A stretch of DNA of 62,380 nucleotides, filler included, from Rhabdomonas costata (GCA_019059605.1; 30 parts of 30 records of this genome joined end to end with filler, not necessarily neighbours in it); one strand, 5' to 3'; counted from the whole stretch's first letter, positions 46,113 through 58,880 are shown. The notes: generated by a model from the letters alone, not told the origin. Made by a program: numbers and translations.

Positions 46113-47699
46113 CTAGAACAGGTCATCGGGAAGCGGCTCCTCTTCCTCTCCGGCGGCGGGCCCGCTTACCGAAGCACCTTCAGGCCACTTCCACCACCAG
46201 TGTTCGGGAGGCACAGCGCTAGAGACGGTCCTGAACAGCCCCTCACACATCTCCGCAATGTCCCGGGGCGACCCGGATCCCCGCCCAGCAGGCACACTGA
46301 CAAAGCCTCGCAGGGCAGCATCCATCTGATCAGCGACACCACGGCAGTCGGGGTGAAAGCCTCGGAGAATCGTGGGGAGCTGCCTCCAAGTGGGGAAGTG
46401 AGTCGGCTTCTGCTGCAGGATGTTTTGGGCGTGCTGGAGAGCAGCCGCGAAGTCCCCTTGAGCAAGGGCGAGCCGGAGACGCAGCTGCCAGGGCGGCAGG
46501 CTCCCAAGGGATGGGCTCTACCCCGTGCAACAAGCCCACTCATAATGCGTAAAACGGTATTGCATTGCAATGAGGATGGGCGTAGTCCCAAAACTTGACC
46601 CTAATAATTGCCTCCGGATTCCGCAGAAAGGACTACCAGCTTCTGAGATAAGGGTGTAGTGACTTGGGGATTCACGAATTCACGTCATTCCCAAACATGT
46701 AAAAAGCTACCCTACTTGCCTTCCAAGGTGAGCAAGCAAGCGCAATACAAAGGGAATGATGTTGTTTCAGGGTTGAATTGAACTTTGTTCAATTCAATTT
46801 CGAAGTGTCTCACATTGAACTTTGAGGTTTGTGTTTATTTGTGTGTGGTTAAATTGAACTGTGAGAAATTATTGACCTCTCAAATGGAAATGCACTGAAC
46901 TGGGCGACACTGAAATGAAATGAAATGAAATTTTTTTGGTCCACCGTGAACTTTGAGGTTCTTTTGCCATATAAAGTCTCAACATTGCGCCGGCACGCAA
47001 GCACGCACACCAGCCTGTCGATAAGGGCCTTGGCCTCTTCCAGCCTTCTCTCCCGAAGCAGAGTGTACACCGCGGTGTCTGCGGCATCCACCCGAAGAAA
47101 GTTGGGGGCTTCAGGGTGGCTGAGCACTTCCACCGCGGAGCGGTGCGCCTCAACGTATCGCCCTGCAGAATACCCACACATATAAGAATTGAGATGGGCT
47201 TAATGCTCACCTGGGCTCAACGCCCAGCCCCTAAGATGTTCGCAACAGAGTGAGTTCATTTTTTACCTTGCAGCAAATGACACCACCTGTCTGCATCATT
47301 GCTTGCGCTCGCCGGAGCTCAAAATTGTTAACGTGAAAAGTGGGGTTGCCGGACATGGAAAGCAGTCATACAACGAAAGAAACGCTCGGCCAGGTCACTT
47401 CTTTCAACTGCTTTCGATTCTCTCGAGGTGGAAACAGATACATGCACGTGAGAAACCTTTGTACAAAGCAAAGTCAGCTCGGTGCTTCCACACGTCGAGG
47501 GACGCCTCTCCATTGATAAACCACTGCGGAGTAAGCCCATGAGTAATGACGGACGCAGCGTACGCCCGAAAACACGAACGAAAACTCAGCGGCAAGAATA
47601 TGACGATTCCACAATTATTGCTCTTTGAGTGTACTCATCAGATGGCAGTGGCAAGAGCTTCGGGACTATTGTGACGACCTCTCCTGGAGGACGTTCCAT
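46113..47699 (-). CDS. TPR-like protein resembling C8orf76 (DUF5588); apparently complete
   Basis: Exons 47699-47635, 47584-47457, 47162-47011 and 46517-46113 splice in phase from ATG to TAG. Key segment: 'PQWF...KHRADFALYKGRYVEA...RLEEAKALIDRL...AQNILQQKPTHFPTWRQL'. Confidence 0.65.
46773..46960. repeat. Intronic TTGAAC-rich repeat with a perfect 11-bp hairpin
   Basis: TTGAATTGAAC-TTT-GTTCAATTCAA at 46773-46797, plus further TGAACT(TT) copies and (TGAAA)n. Confidence 0.7.
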
Positions 47700-48356
47700 T
47701 GCCTCGCCGCCGTCGCGCAGCAGCAACTCCTACGCCTGAGGACGACGGACGCATGCGCACACAACGCACACACAAAAAACTGTTGTGGCATATAATGTCG
47801 AACGCCCAAACTGAACAAACACANNNNNNNNNNNNNNNNNNNNNNNNNNNNNNNNNNNNNNNNNNNNTTAATTAATTAANNNNNNNNNNNNNNNNNNNNN
47901 NNNNNNNNNNNNNNNNNNNNNNNTTGGGGTTGTTTTCATCCCTCACTAGGTACTCCCTGTGACGGAAACGAGAAAGGAAAAAATCCTAATAAGACACGAA
48001 AAAAATGGAAAAATCATCCTTGATGTAATCAGTCTGTCAGAGAGAGGCCGAGGCTCCATGGCAACTAAAACCTGCAACAGGAAACATCCTGGACAAAACT
48101 CTAGTGTCCTCTGCCCCTCAACCCCTCATCCCTGCCTCCCCGGGTAGTCTTTTGAACTTTTTTGGGGCGTGAGCCTACCCAGACGTACACATTACATACA
48201 ATTGTCTTCAATTCGCTTATGTTTCTCTAGTTTGCCGTTGGCATCGGATGGCTTCAAAAGGTTTCAACGTTTCATCTTAAAGCTCGGATTCCGACCAAAA
48301 ACCTCAACTTGAGAAAAGCAACACAGCAGCAAGCAAAGCCCGAGCGGGGAAGCCAC

Positions 48357-49649
48357 CTCTGTATGAGGTCCTCTATCAGCTTCTTCACCATCTTGAAATC
48401 CGGGACGAACCGGCTGGACACCTGCCGCGCCACCTCTGCCTGGAGCTGACAAAGACAGAAGGCGGAGGCGTACATGAGTTCAATAGATCAGAATCATGAC
48501 AAATCAGTTGACATTATTAAGGCGTCTGCCAATCGAAAAGGGTCCACTACACGGGCATCACTCGTCACTCGTGCCCTAACAGCACAATCATGGGAGCAGT
48601 GAAAAATGCATCCGGTATTCCATCGGGACTGCCCCTCCGGTCAGGTCCGGACAATCCTCCTTTCCTTAAGGTCGGGAAAGGATCTGAGGATTGTCACGAT
48701 CAACTCCAGGGGCTGTGTCCCTCCTCGGCAACAATTGTGCAAGTACACGGGTGACGGAAGTCGCCACCGAAAACCCTCAGCGTGCATCTTTTCAGAGAGC
48801 ATGCCCGCACAACGCAAAAAGCCAACACGCTTCACCGAACAAAGTTCTTTTTTGAGTGCTTTGATTTTTTTTCCGAGACAGAGTCTTGGCGGGGCTTGAG
48901 GGTAATGAGCGGCCTCAAACTCCACAGGGTGCGATGTTACAAGTTATTGCGCATCCCTCCGGCGATCTTTGACTCTGCGACTTTCCTTTTCGAAAAATAC
49001 AGCATGTGTAATATCAAAAGTGACTGACGAAAGACACGCCAGACCCACCCAAACAAAAACGTCGGCAAATGAAGAACAGGGAAACTATCGAACTTCGTTT
49101 CTATCGACCTTTGAAACTTTGAGTTTAAAAAAGCAACAGTGCGGTCAAGGTGTACACTCGAAAACGTTTTAGTTATCCTAAAAACCTCTAAGTCCAAAAC
49201 CCTACACTGGAACACTTTTTTCATCTCTCACCTTTCACTTTCGAGGTGGTGCAAGCAACAAAAGCATGGAGTACAGCCCTGGACCCGTCCCCCTCCGGTG
49301 AATACTCAGGCCCTTGCAGCGAGAAAAGCAAAGAGAAGAAATTTGGTGGAGCCAAACCAAGTTGAGCTCTAGGCTCTTCCGGGCCTTCATTACACGGACA
49401 ATGGCGGCCTCCAGGAGGAACTTCTTTTGCACCCCTGCGGTGTCCTGAGCGGCTTGCATCGCGCCCTAACGGGACAGAAATAAGGATGTGGGAAGCCGAA
49501 GCAGGGAGGGGAAAGCCCTCGGCAAACTAGTAGTAGCCTTCGCCCCCGGTGAAGGAGAGGTGTAAGGCTGCAAAGGTGGGCGGGGGTACCTCATCCGCTG
49601 GCCTGGGCAGCTTCAGCTTTCTCGCCTGGCAGGCGAAAGACGGGTTCAT
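48357..49649 (-). CDS. Cullin C-terminal neddylation domain, three exons (partial)
   Basis: Exons 49649-49590, 49465-49358 and 48445-48357 give 'KFLLEAAIVRVMKARKSLELNLLQAEVARQVSSRFVPDFKMVKKLIEDLIQR'. Confidence 0.92.
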
Positions 49650-50003
49650 CTGAGCAACAACGACCCCCCTCCACCTTCCAAAAACCTGCTGTTTGCTCAG
49701 TAGCGCACCAGTTTTCCTTTTGGATGCTCGCAGCGAAACGCAAAGATGTGGGAAAAAGCAAAAAACCGACTCAAAAGCATTCTTGTTCGGGTACTCACGC
49801 TGGAGGCACATCAAGAGTACCAGACGACCTAAAATATAAACCTAAGATCTAAAAAGAAACTGCAAAATAGTCCCTCTCGAATTTGTTTTCGTGCCCCAAC
49901 CCCNNNNNNNNNNNNNNNNNNNNNNNNNNNNNNNNNNNNNNNNNNNNTTAATTAATTAANNNNNNNNNNNNNNNNNNNNNNNNNNNNNNNNNNNNNNNNN
50001 NNN

Positions 50004-50189
50004 GTTGGTGGTGGACCGCATTCTCGCGGCAGTCTAGTGCCTGCTCCTGGGCTTCAATCTTCGCCACAATGGACTGCGCTTTGGCGGAGAAGTCTTTCGC
50101 ATCAGAAGTGCGAAGGAGGACAAGGTCCTCCTCGAGTTCGCTCACACTCTGCTCCATGCAGCGTGAACACGCCTCACGCCACTGCACCA
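50004..50189 (-). CDS. Coiled-coil exon, unknown protein (partial)
   Basis: Open frame after TTCCTGTGCAG, with E/Q/A-rich helical composition. Confidence 0.45.
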
Positions 50190-51730
50190 CTGCACAGGAA
50201 CATAAGAAGCAAATGCCTTTTTCGCATTTCTTCTATGTTCCATAATATTGTGTGTTTAATATCATTGTGGCGTTAGCACTTTGCTAAGCAAACCGTCTCT
50301 TTCATTGTGGCATTCCGCAATTTTGTTGTTGTTCTGCTTTCAATGGGATGTTATGACCGTCCGACAAAAGGAAGCGTGTATCACAATTTCGCTTCAGGAT
50401 GAATCTCACTCTCCAAACTCATCCTGGCAGCTGGACCATTAGCCTGGCAATTTGGTCATTCCATCAATGAGGCTATCGATGCAGTTAAGGACCTTCAATT
50501 GACCACGCCTGGATTCTTTTGGTTATGAAGGCGCTCGAAACGGTGCAAAATTTCACTACAAGACGGAGTCGCGAGGGCGTGGTGCCGATTTGGGAACCGT
50601 CTGACCCGTCGCCTGGCTCGCAAGCGGGCGCTGCACATGGATCAGGCATTCCCCAGGAGGATGCCGAGGCTAGGGTGGCGCGGCAGCGGTGCGGCCGAGG
50701 CAGGTGGCTTCAGGGTGCCTGTGAGGCAATTGGGGTGGTTTTGTAATGCAACACATGAAGGAACCCCAGCTGTGGTAATCACTTGATCCTGGGTAAGCAC
50801 CGTGATTTTGGTGGCCACCAGATGGCCGAGAGCCCTTTGTCTGGGGCCCCTTTTGCGGGGATAGAGGCAGGTGAGTTTTTTGTGCATACGTTGTGGGTGC
50901 CGTCGATAAACCCTCCGCTGTACAGGAAAGAAGCGGCACAAAATTTAAACAATAAAAAAATAGCCGGCAAGGGGCACAGGTGGCTACCGCCTGAGGGTGC
51001 AAGTACCGGAGCGTTTCGGGAGGCCCATTGTAATAAGAAAAGACTCCGGGCCTGCTTCGGGTCCGCCCTCTCACTAAAACAACGATAATTTTCGTTGAGG
51101 ATGAACCCTAATAGCCAAGAAGTCATAATGCAACTAACGGGACAAAGGTGGGTTCCTGCCCATACCTTCCCTTCGAAGTACACTCCTTGTGCCCCTTTTA
51201 CAGAAACAACTCTTCAACATCGCCTGGTATTCGAATCACGCAAAGCTGTGTGCGGAGCTAAAATGTAAATGTCAGGGAATATTTCGAAGATATTCAATAT
51301 ATATCCAATCAATCAACTCAACAAGCAAAATGCAGGGATTCGGGATTTCTGAAAGCACCAATGCTATCTTGAATGGCAACCAGGTACAAGCCGAGCTGCC
51401 CGTGCAGCCACGAAACAAGTGTGCGCAAAGACGACACAGTCTCGGAATGACGGTACATAAAATACAGAACAGCAACACAATCCATCCGCAGTACATTTAA
51501 ACACTCCCGCGGTAGGCACGCGAACCCAGAGACTCCCAAGACCAAACAGCGGAAACAGCGCAACAGCTGCAGGGACCAAATCTGATGCATGTCTGTGTGA
51601 CAACAGCGGCAAACAGAAAAAACCAAACACATAATACAACCAGCAAAAGAAGAACGCGACAACATCCTCAAAATTAACAGCCCTCCAAAAGCACTCCGCA
51701 AACAAACACAACGTTGCGGCGCAGAAAGGT

Positions 51731-51951
51731 TTACGCAGAAACTGCACGAGGGGGAACAGCAAAGCTAACCGCAACTCCGGGGTGCTTCGTCCGGACGGCA
51801 GGATAGTACGTCCCAGGAGGTATCCGGTAGCATCCCATCGCCTCGGCAACAGTAGCGTCATCCCCCATAAAAATCTTCACCGTGCCCTCCCCAAAGTCTA
51901 GCAAGAAAGAAAACGGCAGCACAGGGTCGATCCGGGCTTCAATCCTGTGAA
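51731..51951 (-). CDS. SPRY/B30.2-like domain, terminal exon (partial)
   Basis: 'FSFLLDFGEGTVKIF...IPPGTYYPAVRTKHPGVAVSF' resembles the C-terminal strands of SPRY. Has an AG acceptor and a TAA stop. Confidence 0.5.
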
Positions 51952-52128
51952 CTGCAGAGCAGCCGCTAAGTGAGTAGCTCACNNNNNNNNNNNNNNNNNN
52001 NNNNNNNNNNNNNNNNNNNNNNNNNNTTAATTAATTAANNNNNNNNNNNNNNNNNNNNNNNNNNNNNNNNNNNNNNNNNNNNTGTTTTTGGTGGCATGCA
52101 ATGCACTCGGCGCTTCTGTCTCTCGCAG

Positions 52129-53834
52129 GACATGGGTGCTCTTTTGCAAGGGCTGCAGGCAGCTGAGCGATCCAGAAGGTCCATCTACGAGTCTGCGGAA
52201 TCGCTTCTGTTCACTCACCTGGAGGTGTTTCCTTCTCAACCTTCCTGCCGGGGTTAGTGGCTCTTTGTTGAGCCGCTCGCCAGTCTTCTTTCAGCTCTTT
52301 TTGAATGCTGGCGTGTTTTGTGATCCCCAGTATTCAGGCGAGATGCAGCATGAAGTGCGTGTGCTGTGTAATTTATGTGTTTTGTCGATTCCTTGTTTCA
52401 TTCATTCCTTCCAAGATATCACTTCCAGCCATAAGATATACTAGACTTACATCCTGGCAAGTAGTGTGTCCTTGATATGCAGGCCTCAAACAGACGGTCC
52501 TAATCACAAGATATCTTGTCTTGCAGAATCTTTTTCGTCATAGTTGACAAGGAGACCGACTCTTTTTGTTTTATTGCGTCTGTGTACTGAGCCGAAAACT
52601 TTCGGCCGGAAAAAAGGTCGGTTGGGAATTCGTCCCGTGCAAGAAGAAGGGATTCAAGTTGGTAGTCCCACCAGCATCACCCCATTTTTCCAAAAGCTGA
52701 TATGTGTGTGCTGAACTTTGCCAATGGCTGTAAACGAACCGCTCTTCCCTCCAAATAAATGGGCACAATGTCTGACGCAGGACCAGTTTCGTCTTGGGGC
52801 CGAGTTCCTTCTCTCCAAAGTCGTGCTGCGCACGGAGACGTCCCTTCTTCAGGGGCAGGTGGAAGGACTGCGGGTTTTTGTGGGGGCTTTCTTCTTCTCT
52901 TATTTTCCTTGGTCAATCGTACCAACCGAGGTTCGCAGCAATGTTCGTAAAAAAAAAAGCAGCTGAAAGACAGACTTTGTGCAAGTTAAAGTGGGCAACT
53001 GCGTGGCACTGAACGCCGAGAAATTGCTGTGGTATAGATAGCTTGGGGGGGGGGCTGATGCATCCGAAAATGTATATTTTTTCGGAGAATGGGAGGAGCG
53101 CAGAATCGAGAGAAAAGAAAGAAGCCAAGTAGACAAAACAGACATGCAAGCAATAAACAAAATCACCAGGGAAGGATAAAAAAGCAATCGTTTCGATTGA
53201 TCAGAGTATTGTTCGCTAGTTTCTCTGGACAACAGGGCGTGCCCTTGCATGCAGGGTGCCTGCGTTCGAGGTTGCAGCAGCGAAGAAATCAAAAGACGGC
53301 AAACCAGTGCCTAAGATGAAACAAAGCACCGCGTACAGGTCTGCATTGAAAATTTGTCGGAAAAACCCGACCGACAATTACTTACAGGGAGGAGGCAATT
53401 TGCTTGTAGGCTTTTTTGTATGAGCAGTTTTTTCGTGCAAACAATTGCCCCATATGTCCATGTGAATTGCAGTATGGTTCGGAAGAAGTCGACGAGTTTC
53501 GTGCAGATACGTTTGTGATGTCGGTTTGAGAGAAAAAAGATGGATGGGCGGCAATGAATGGAGTGAATGACGTGGGGCGGAGTGAATGGCGTGAAAGGGG
53601 GCAGTTTGATACATCAGGTGGTGTGTTCGGCTTCAGCGTCAGCCATTTAGCCCAGGTGAGAGTACTGGTGGCGGTGGGGGGGGTGAGCAGGTCTCACAGC
53701 TTCTGCTTGAACGCAAACGCCTGGCCCAAACCCGCCAGCGCCATGACGGACAGAAGCAGAAGGTCTTTCACGAGCAGCAGAGGCTTCTGAAGGAGGAAGA
53801 GGAGCTGCGGCAGGCCGAGGCCAGGCTCGCCGAG
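52129..53834 (+). CDS. Hypothetical coiled-coil protein, three exons (partial)
   Basis: Phase-0 AG/GT exons 52129-52224, 52781-52873 and 53691-53834. Additional exons may lie between them. Confidence 0.55.
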
Positions 53835-54485
53835 GTGCTGTGAGGGACACAGTACACACAGTATTCTATGTTTTTCTCGTGATTATCGAACAAGGAGCTG
53901 ATGTGACTTGCTTTTTTCCGACGTGGGCGTGGTGATACTGGAGCGTTGGGCCATATTCAGTGACTTCCGTTCGTCCGAGACTGTGGGCTCCGTAAAATCC
54001 GTCGACCGAGAATCCGCCGACATTCATGGAAACACACGCATGCTTAATCATAACATATCGTNNNNNNNNNNNNNNNNNNNNNNNNNNNNNNNNNNNNNNN
54101 NNNNNTTAATTAATTAANNNNNNNNNNNNNNNNNNNNNNNNNNNNNNNNNNNNNNNNNNNNGTGTTGGGTTTAGTGTGATCACTATTCTCTCTCTCTCTC
54201 ACTCTTGTTTACGCCTTGTGGCTAACCTGGGTAGGAGTGGCGAGCCCAGAGGGATCACAACTAGATTTGAAGGCGAGTTGGGGGTGGCGCGGCAATGGGG
54301 TCTGGTTGCTTGGAGGGTCCTGCCCATGCGGCATGCTTTGCCCATGTTTGTGATTCTATATTCTGCCTTGGCCGCCGTGACGTGACGTTTGTTCACTTTA
54401 GCCTAAGTGTTAAAGTGTAGCAACCAATTATAAGTATGAACATATTATGGCAATGTGCCATCCCTTCTTTCATGGAGGCACACAC

Positions 54486-56141
54486 CAATGGTGGCCCAGG
54501 AGTCGTCGACGATCATGAGGTTGGAGCAGATCCTTCGCCCCACGTGGGGGACCTGCTTGGAGTGGGGCGGGTTTGTGGGAACCAGGGTGCAAAGCAAGAA
54601 CTCTGGGCTGCGGGAAAGCCTCCGCAGAACCGCGGTGAAGTCTACGGCGCTGCAGAGAGAGAGACAGCGATGACAAAGGAAAAAACATGAGATAGAAGGA
54701 ACCAAAAACAAAGGAGCAAAAACAGTCGGGATGTTTTTCGGGATGTGCTCCAACCTTCCAATATTTCTCAGGCCCTCCCTCAAGGGGGGCATTTGCCATT
54801 TGCAATGTTGGGCGTATGAAGGATTAGAAAAAACCAAAAACATGAAGCCAAGAAGAGCGATTGTTCAGTCAAATGGGTCGTCACTTGTTCACTCAATGGA
54901 TTGCCCCCCACCTACCAAAGAGAGGAGCCTTAAATGACGCGTCTGTTTGAAGTCCATCTATACGACGATAATGCGAGCTCGTCTTGTCCAAATGTCGTGA
55001 CCTCACCGGTTCCCTCTGCTCCTCCACGAGCAAAAGAACGAAAAAATACCCCCCCCCCCCAAAAAAAAACGGAGGGCGTACCTGGGGCGCCCCGCCCACC
55101 GGGAGCGCAGTTTGCGGATCTGGGCCATCCCCTTGGACAGCACTGTGGGTGCAGCCCGCAGGGCGGTGCCCAGAGCTGTGCCTTTCTCAGGTACCCGTGG
55201 AGCTTTGGGATTGTTTTTTTACGTCGCCAATAGTGGACACGCACATATACACTAGCCAAAAACATACACATATTCAAAAAGAGTGATGTACTCACTTCTC
55301 GAGTGAGATGCAATCATTTGCAGAGTGATTCTCATTTCCCTCCTCGTTTAAAACATTTTGAACAACAACAACAACAACACAATGCCCGCACAACAAATTT
55401 CCCTCACCACCTGCAATTAAAACCTTCCTCAAGCACCAGAAGAGGAAAAGGCAAGAGATAAAATATCACTCGCAATGCCCTGCTGGACCTCATTTCAACT
55501 GCTGATTCAGGTCCGCAAAGGGAGCGGACGGAGGAGTTGGGCGGGAGTTGAGGTGTGGGTGAAGATCTGGGTCTCGCAGAGGGTTCTAAGGTTCCATGTC
55601 ATGCGAAATCATTTGCACCACTCATTCTTTGGTGGTTAACTCCAGAGGAATCACGGACTGAAGATTTCCCGAAGGGCTTTGTAGAACGACCCATGTAAGT
55701 CTTGTCCCACCCGTCCACAAGTGCTCTCCCCTCCAGTTGCCAATTTGGGTGTTAAGATCCTCAAGATCCTCAAGATATGACATGCGGCGGGACGAGCTCC
55801 ACCCACCAGACACATTCGACATGCGTGCCCCTTTGCAGCTTTCCTGTGTCTTGGAGAGTATAGAATGTAATGAATGTGCGTATTTTTTTTCCGGTTTGTT
55901 CAACTGATGGCGTCCTCTTTTTCACGCTTGATTTTCACTTGCGCGCGGGAGAGTTGAAACCTGACAGCAACCACCACTCCAAAAAATTGAGACAAGGCGT
56001 GGTGGAGGGGCGGGGGGTTTCACAGAAGGCACCAGAAACGACAGCGACGACCCGCACCCCACGCGCCACAGCGGCGTCCAGCGCTTCCCACACCGCCCCA
56101 CACCGCAGGGAGTCCGTCTCGAGGTACACCGACCACAACAA
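54486..56141 (-). CDS. Phospholipase D / cardiolipin-synthase superfamily protein with a degenerate HKD motif, three exons (partial)
   Basis: Exons 56141-56033, 55202-55082 and 54649-54486 splice in phase. Motifs 'SVYLETDSL...EALDAAVARGVRVVAVV' and 'RICSNLMIVDDSWATIG'. Confidence 0.75.
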
Positions 56142-56264
56142 NNNNNNNNNNNNNNNNNNNNNNNNNNNNNNNNNNNNNNNNNNNNTTAATTAATTAANNN
56201 NNNNNNNNNNNNNNNNNNNNNNNNNNNNNNNNNNNNNNNNNTGTGTGGTGGTAAGAGATTTTCC

Positions 56265-56385
56265 CGGCGCACAAGGGTCACCCCAGTTTTTCGTTCCCGG
56301 CACGAACAGCAGCACCGTGAACTAGCCAAAAAACCAACAAGGGCGCATAACACAGAACAAGCAGCACAAGGTGCCCGGTGTGTGT
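56265..56385 (+). repeat. Diverged fourth copy of the ~175-bp repeat
   Basis: GCACGAACAGCAGCACCGTGAAC..GCCAAAAAACCAACA...CAGAACAAGCAGCACAAGG, then GTGTGTGT. Confidence 0.85.
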
Positions 56386-57887
56386 CCGTGTGCGTTTGTG
56401 TTTGTTTTTTTAACGTTCTGTTTTTGTTGGGAGGAGAAAGGGAGTTACAACTTCAATGCCTCAGCAAAGTATTTTGGCAAGCAGGTTGGTATCACGAAAC
56501 CGGGCCCATTGCCTGGTTAGACGGAGCGGGGAGAACGCTGTGAGTTGGGGCCTTTCGAATCAAGCTTTATCAATTTTACTTTTTGGGGCCCCCGCGGTGA
56601 AATGAACATGGGAACATGTGGAATCTGTTGCTGGGCGGGCCATCGCGACCATTACGCCGCATGAACCGGAACGTTTCCGTTGGAATCAAGAAGTCTCTTC
56701 GGAGCAACCGCTAACAAACTATGGGGCTTGGGCACCGCCACTTGCGGTAAATAGCACGGCGAACCGCGGTGGTGGCTTGGCTTTGAAAGAAAATATCAGC
56801 TGAAGCAGCTTCAAATGCTCAAGGTTGCAAACGTGTGAAACAGTCGGGCCGTTAGGGCAAGTCAATGGTAAGGGACATGTTCGCGCTTTCTGACGACCTC
56901 GAACTGACAACAATTGTTGCTGTACGCGTTAGCTTCCAAGTGGTTCACACATCAGCGATTCACGTTTGAAACGACTCAGACAGACAGGACGAAGCGACCA
57001 AAACGGAGTCATTTGGTGACTTTGTCCCCACATCTCCGCGCAGAGTAGTTCGAGCACAACATGCACCCCTCCAGCGCCAAGGGAAGAGAGGAATGGGGTG
57101 AAAATCCCGCGGAGGGGGGCCAGTGCCCATCCGCAAAAGAATGCCCCCCTCTACCAGGAAGAGGGTCGCGGAGAAGGCACCAAAGAAAGCAAGCAAAACA
57201 GCGCAGCACAACAACAGTACAACCGTACAACGACGAAGGGCCGTGTTCGCTAGTCCGTTCTCATTCTCCGCCATCTCATGGAATTCAGATTAGGAGGAAG
57301 CCATCCCGTTCCTATTTTTCTCCCGCTCTCCAGCAAGTCAGGGGGAACATTCGCTAGCCCCGTGGTCAAGCCGAGCAGATCACACCAAACCTGCATGGTG
57401 GGTGCGTCCAATCGGTATGGAAAGCACGACACAATAGTACTTCAGGTTCTCTAAAAAATCAAGCAATACGCAGATCGGTACTTTAAGACCCAACACGGAT
57501 GCAGTTTTGGCGGCCACAGGAAGGAAAATTCAAATACCTGAAACTATTCAACATTTTTTTGGATTATATTTGCTGTGAACACCACGATAAACATACAGCA
57601 CCACATTAATGGTGCATATCTGTCCTGTCGCGATGGCGTGGGCTGTCTCGGCTTGACCCCACATTCCAATACCAACCGGTGGAGAAGCCATTCAAGATTT
57701 CTTCTCCATCTTGGTTCATTTTTTTTTTACAAATTGCCACAAGCGAAAAGATTACCGAATACAAACAGCAGCAGGGCAGACAAAGGAGGAATGGAGTACA
57801 CTCCGACGAGGCAGAAGGAGGGAGACGCTCACTCATCCCAAGGCCTTACCGATGCATCCGAGAGAGGGGAAGCCGTGGACGTGTGAG

Positions 57888-58017
57888 TCACCACATGTCG
57901 AGCTTCCACTCATTGGGGTGGGTGTAGGGGCACTTTGTGAGGTCTCGGCAGTCGTAGCCGCTGGGACACGGGATACGCTCATGCACAAAGTGGCAGTGAT
58001 CGCCTTTCGAGCATTGC
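57888..58017 (-). CDS. CCCH zinc-finger protein exon (partial)
   Basis: After CTTTCCTTCAG it reads QCSKGDHCHFVHERIPCPSGYDCRDLTKCPYTHP, i.e. tandem CCCH-type fingers. Confidence 0.75.
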
Positions 58018-58772
58018 CTGAAGGAAAGCAATGAAGAAAGCGAGGATTCCTGTGGAAATCTTATGGAATGGAATGCATAGGCATGGAAAGAGTGGTAAGC
58101 CATGTTAGGTCACTTGTAATTACCGCTTCGACATCTCGAAACTATCGATCTATTCACCTACCACCCGCGTCACCGGCACTTTGGCATTTTGATGCCTTTC
58201 TTCGCTTAATACACCCCCCACNNNNNNNNNNNNNNNNNNNNNNNNNNNNNNNNNNNNNNNNNNNNTTAATTAATTAANNNNNNNNNNNNNNNNNNNNNNN
58301 NNNNNNNNNNNNNNNNNNNNNAAATTCCAGAGGCTAACAAGGAACCAACACAGTGAGAACGGGTGTTCGGAGGAAAATGCAGGGCAGGAAAGAAGATTAC
58401 CAAAAAAAAAAATACCAGCTTTGTCTGTCCAATGCAACTGTTCCTGGGAGCTCCTGCTCAGAAAGGGAAATCAACCACATCATTCGTCATTCGTGAGACG
58501 CTGTTAACTGTCGGCTGGGCTTGAAATTCATATTCGCAGCTGATCAAGAGCTTTGCTTCGTGGGTTTAACTGTGTGGTGAGAGATTTCCGTGAGATTGAA
58601 AGGAGTACGGCCACAGAGTCCTCGCAAGTCGTGTTCACGTGCCTTGCGATTTTTGCTGTTCCGTCGGGAAGGGAAATGAACTGCAAATCAGCCCCAGTCA
58701 ATGTTGTCGTTTTTTAACCGATGTCTGACGAGCTGCCAACTTTTTTTTTGCTCAGTGAGTGAATTCTGACCG

Positions 58773-58880
58773 ATGGCCTCCGCCGTTCCCCAGCAGATGC
58801 ATGCTTTGAGGGTTGTGCACGAGGGCAAGGGGACAGTGGAGATGCAGCAGATTCCCGTGCCCACGCTCAAGCAAGGCGAG
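58773..58880 (+). CDS. MDR (zinc-binding alcohol dehydrogenase / quinone reductase) family, first coding exon (partial)
   Basis: MASAVPQQMHALRVVHEGKGTVEMQQIPVPTLKQGE then GT, the GroES-like N-terminus. A poly-T + CTCAG acceptor lies 17 nt upstream of the ATG. Confidence 0.75.

Noticed and set aside
52506..52519. Perfect 14-bp palindrome ACAAGATATCTTGT amid AAGATAT repeats
   Set aside because: Short, intronic and with no second copy in the window.
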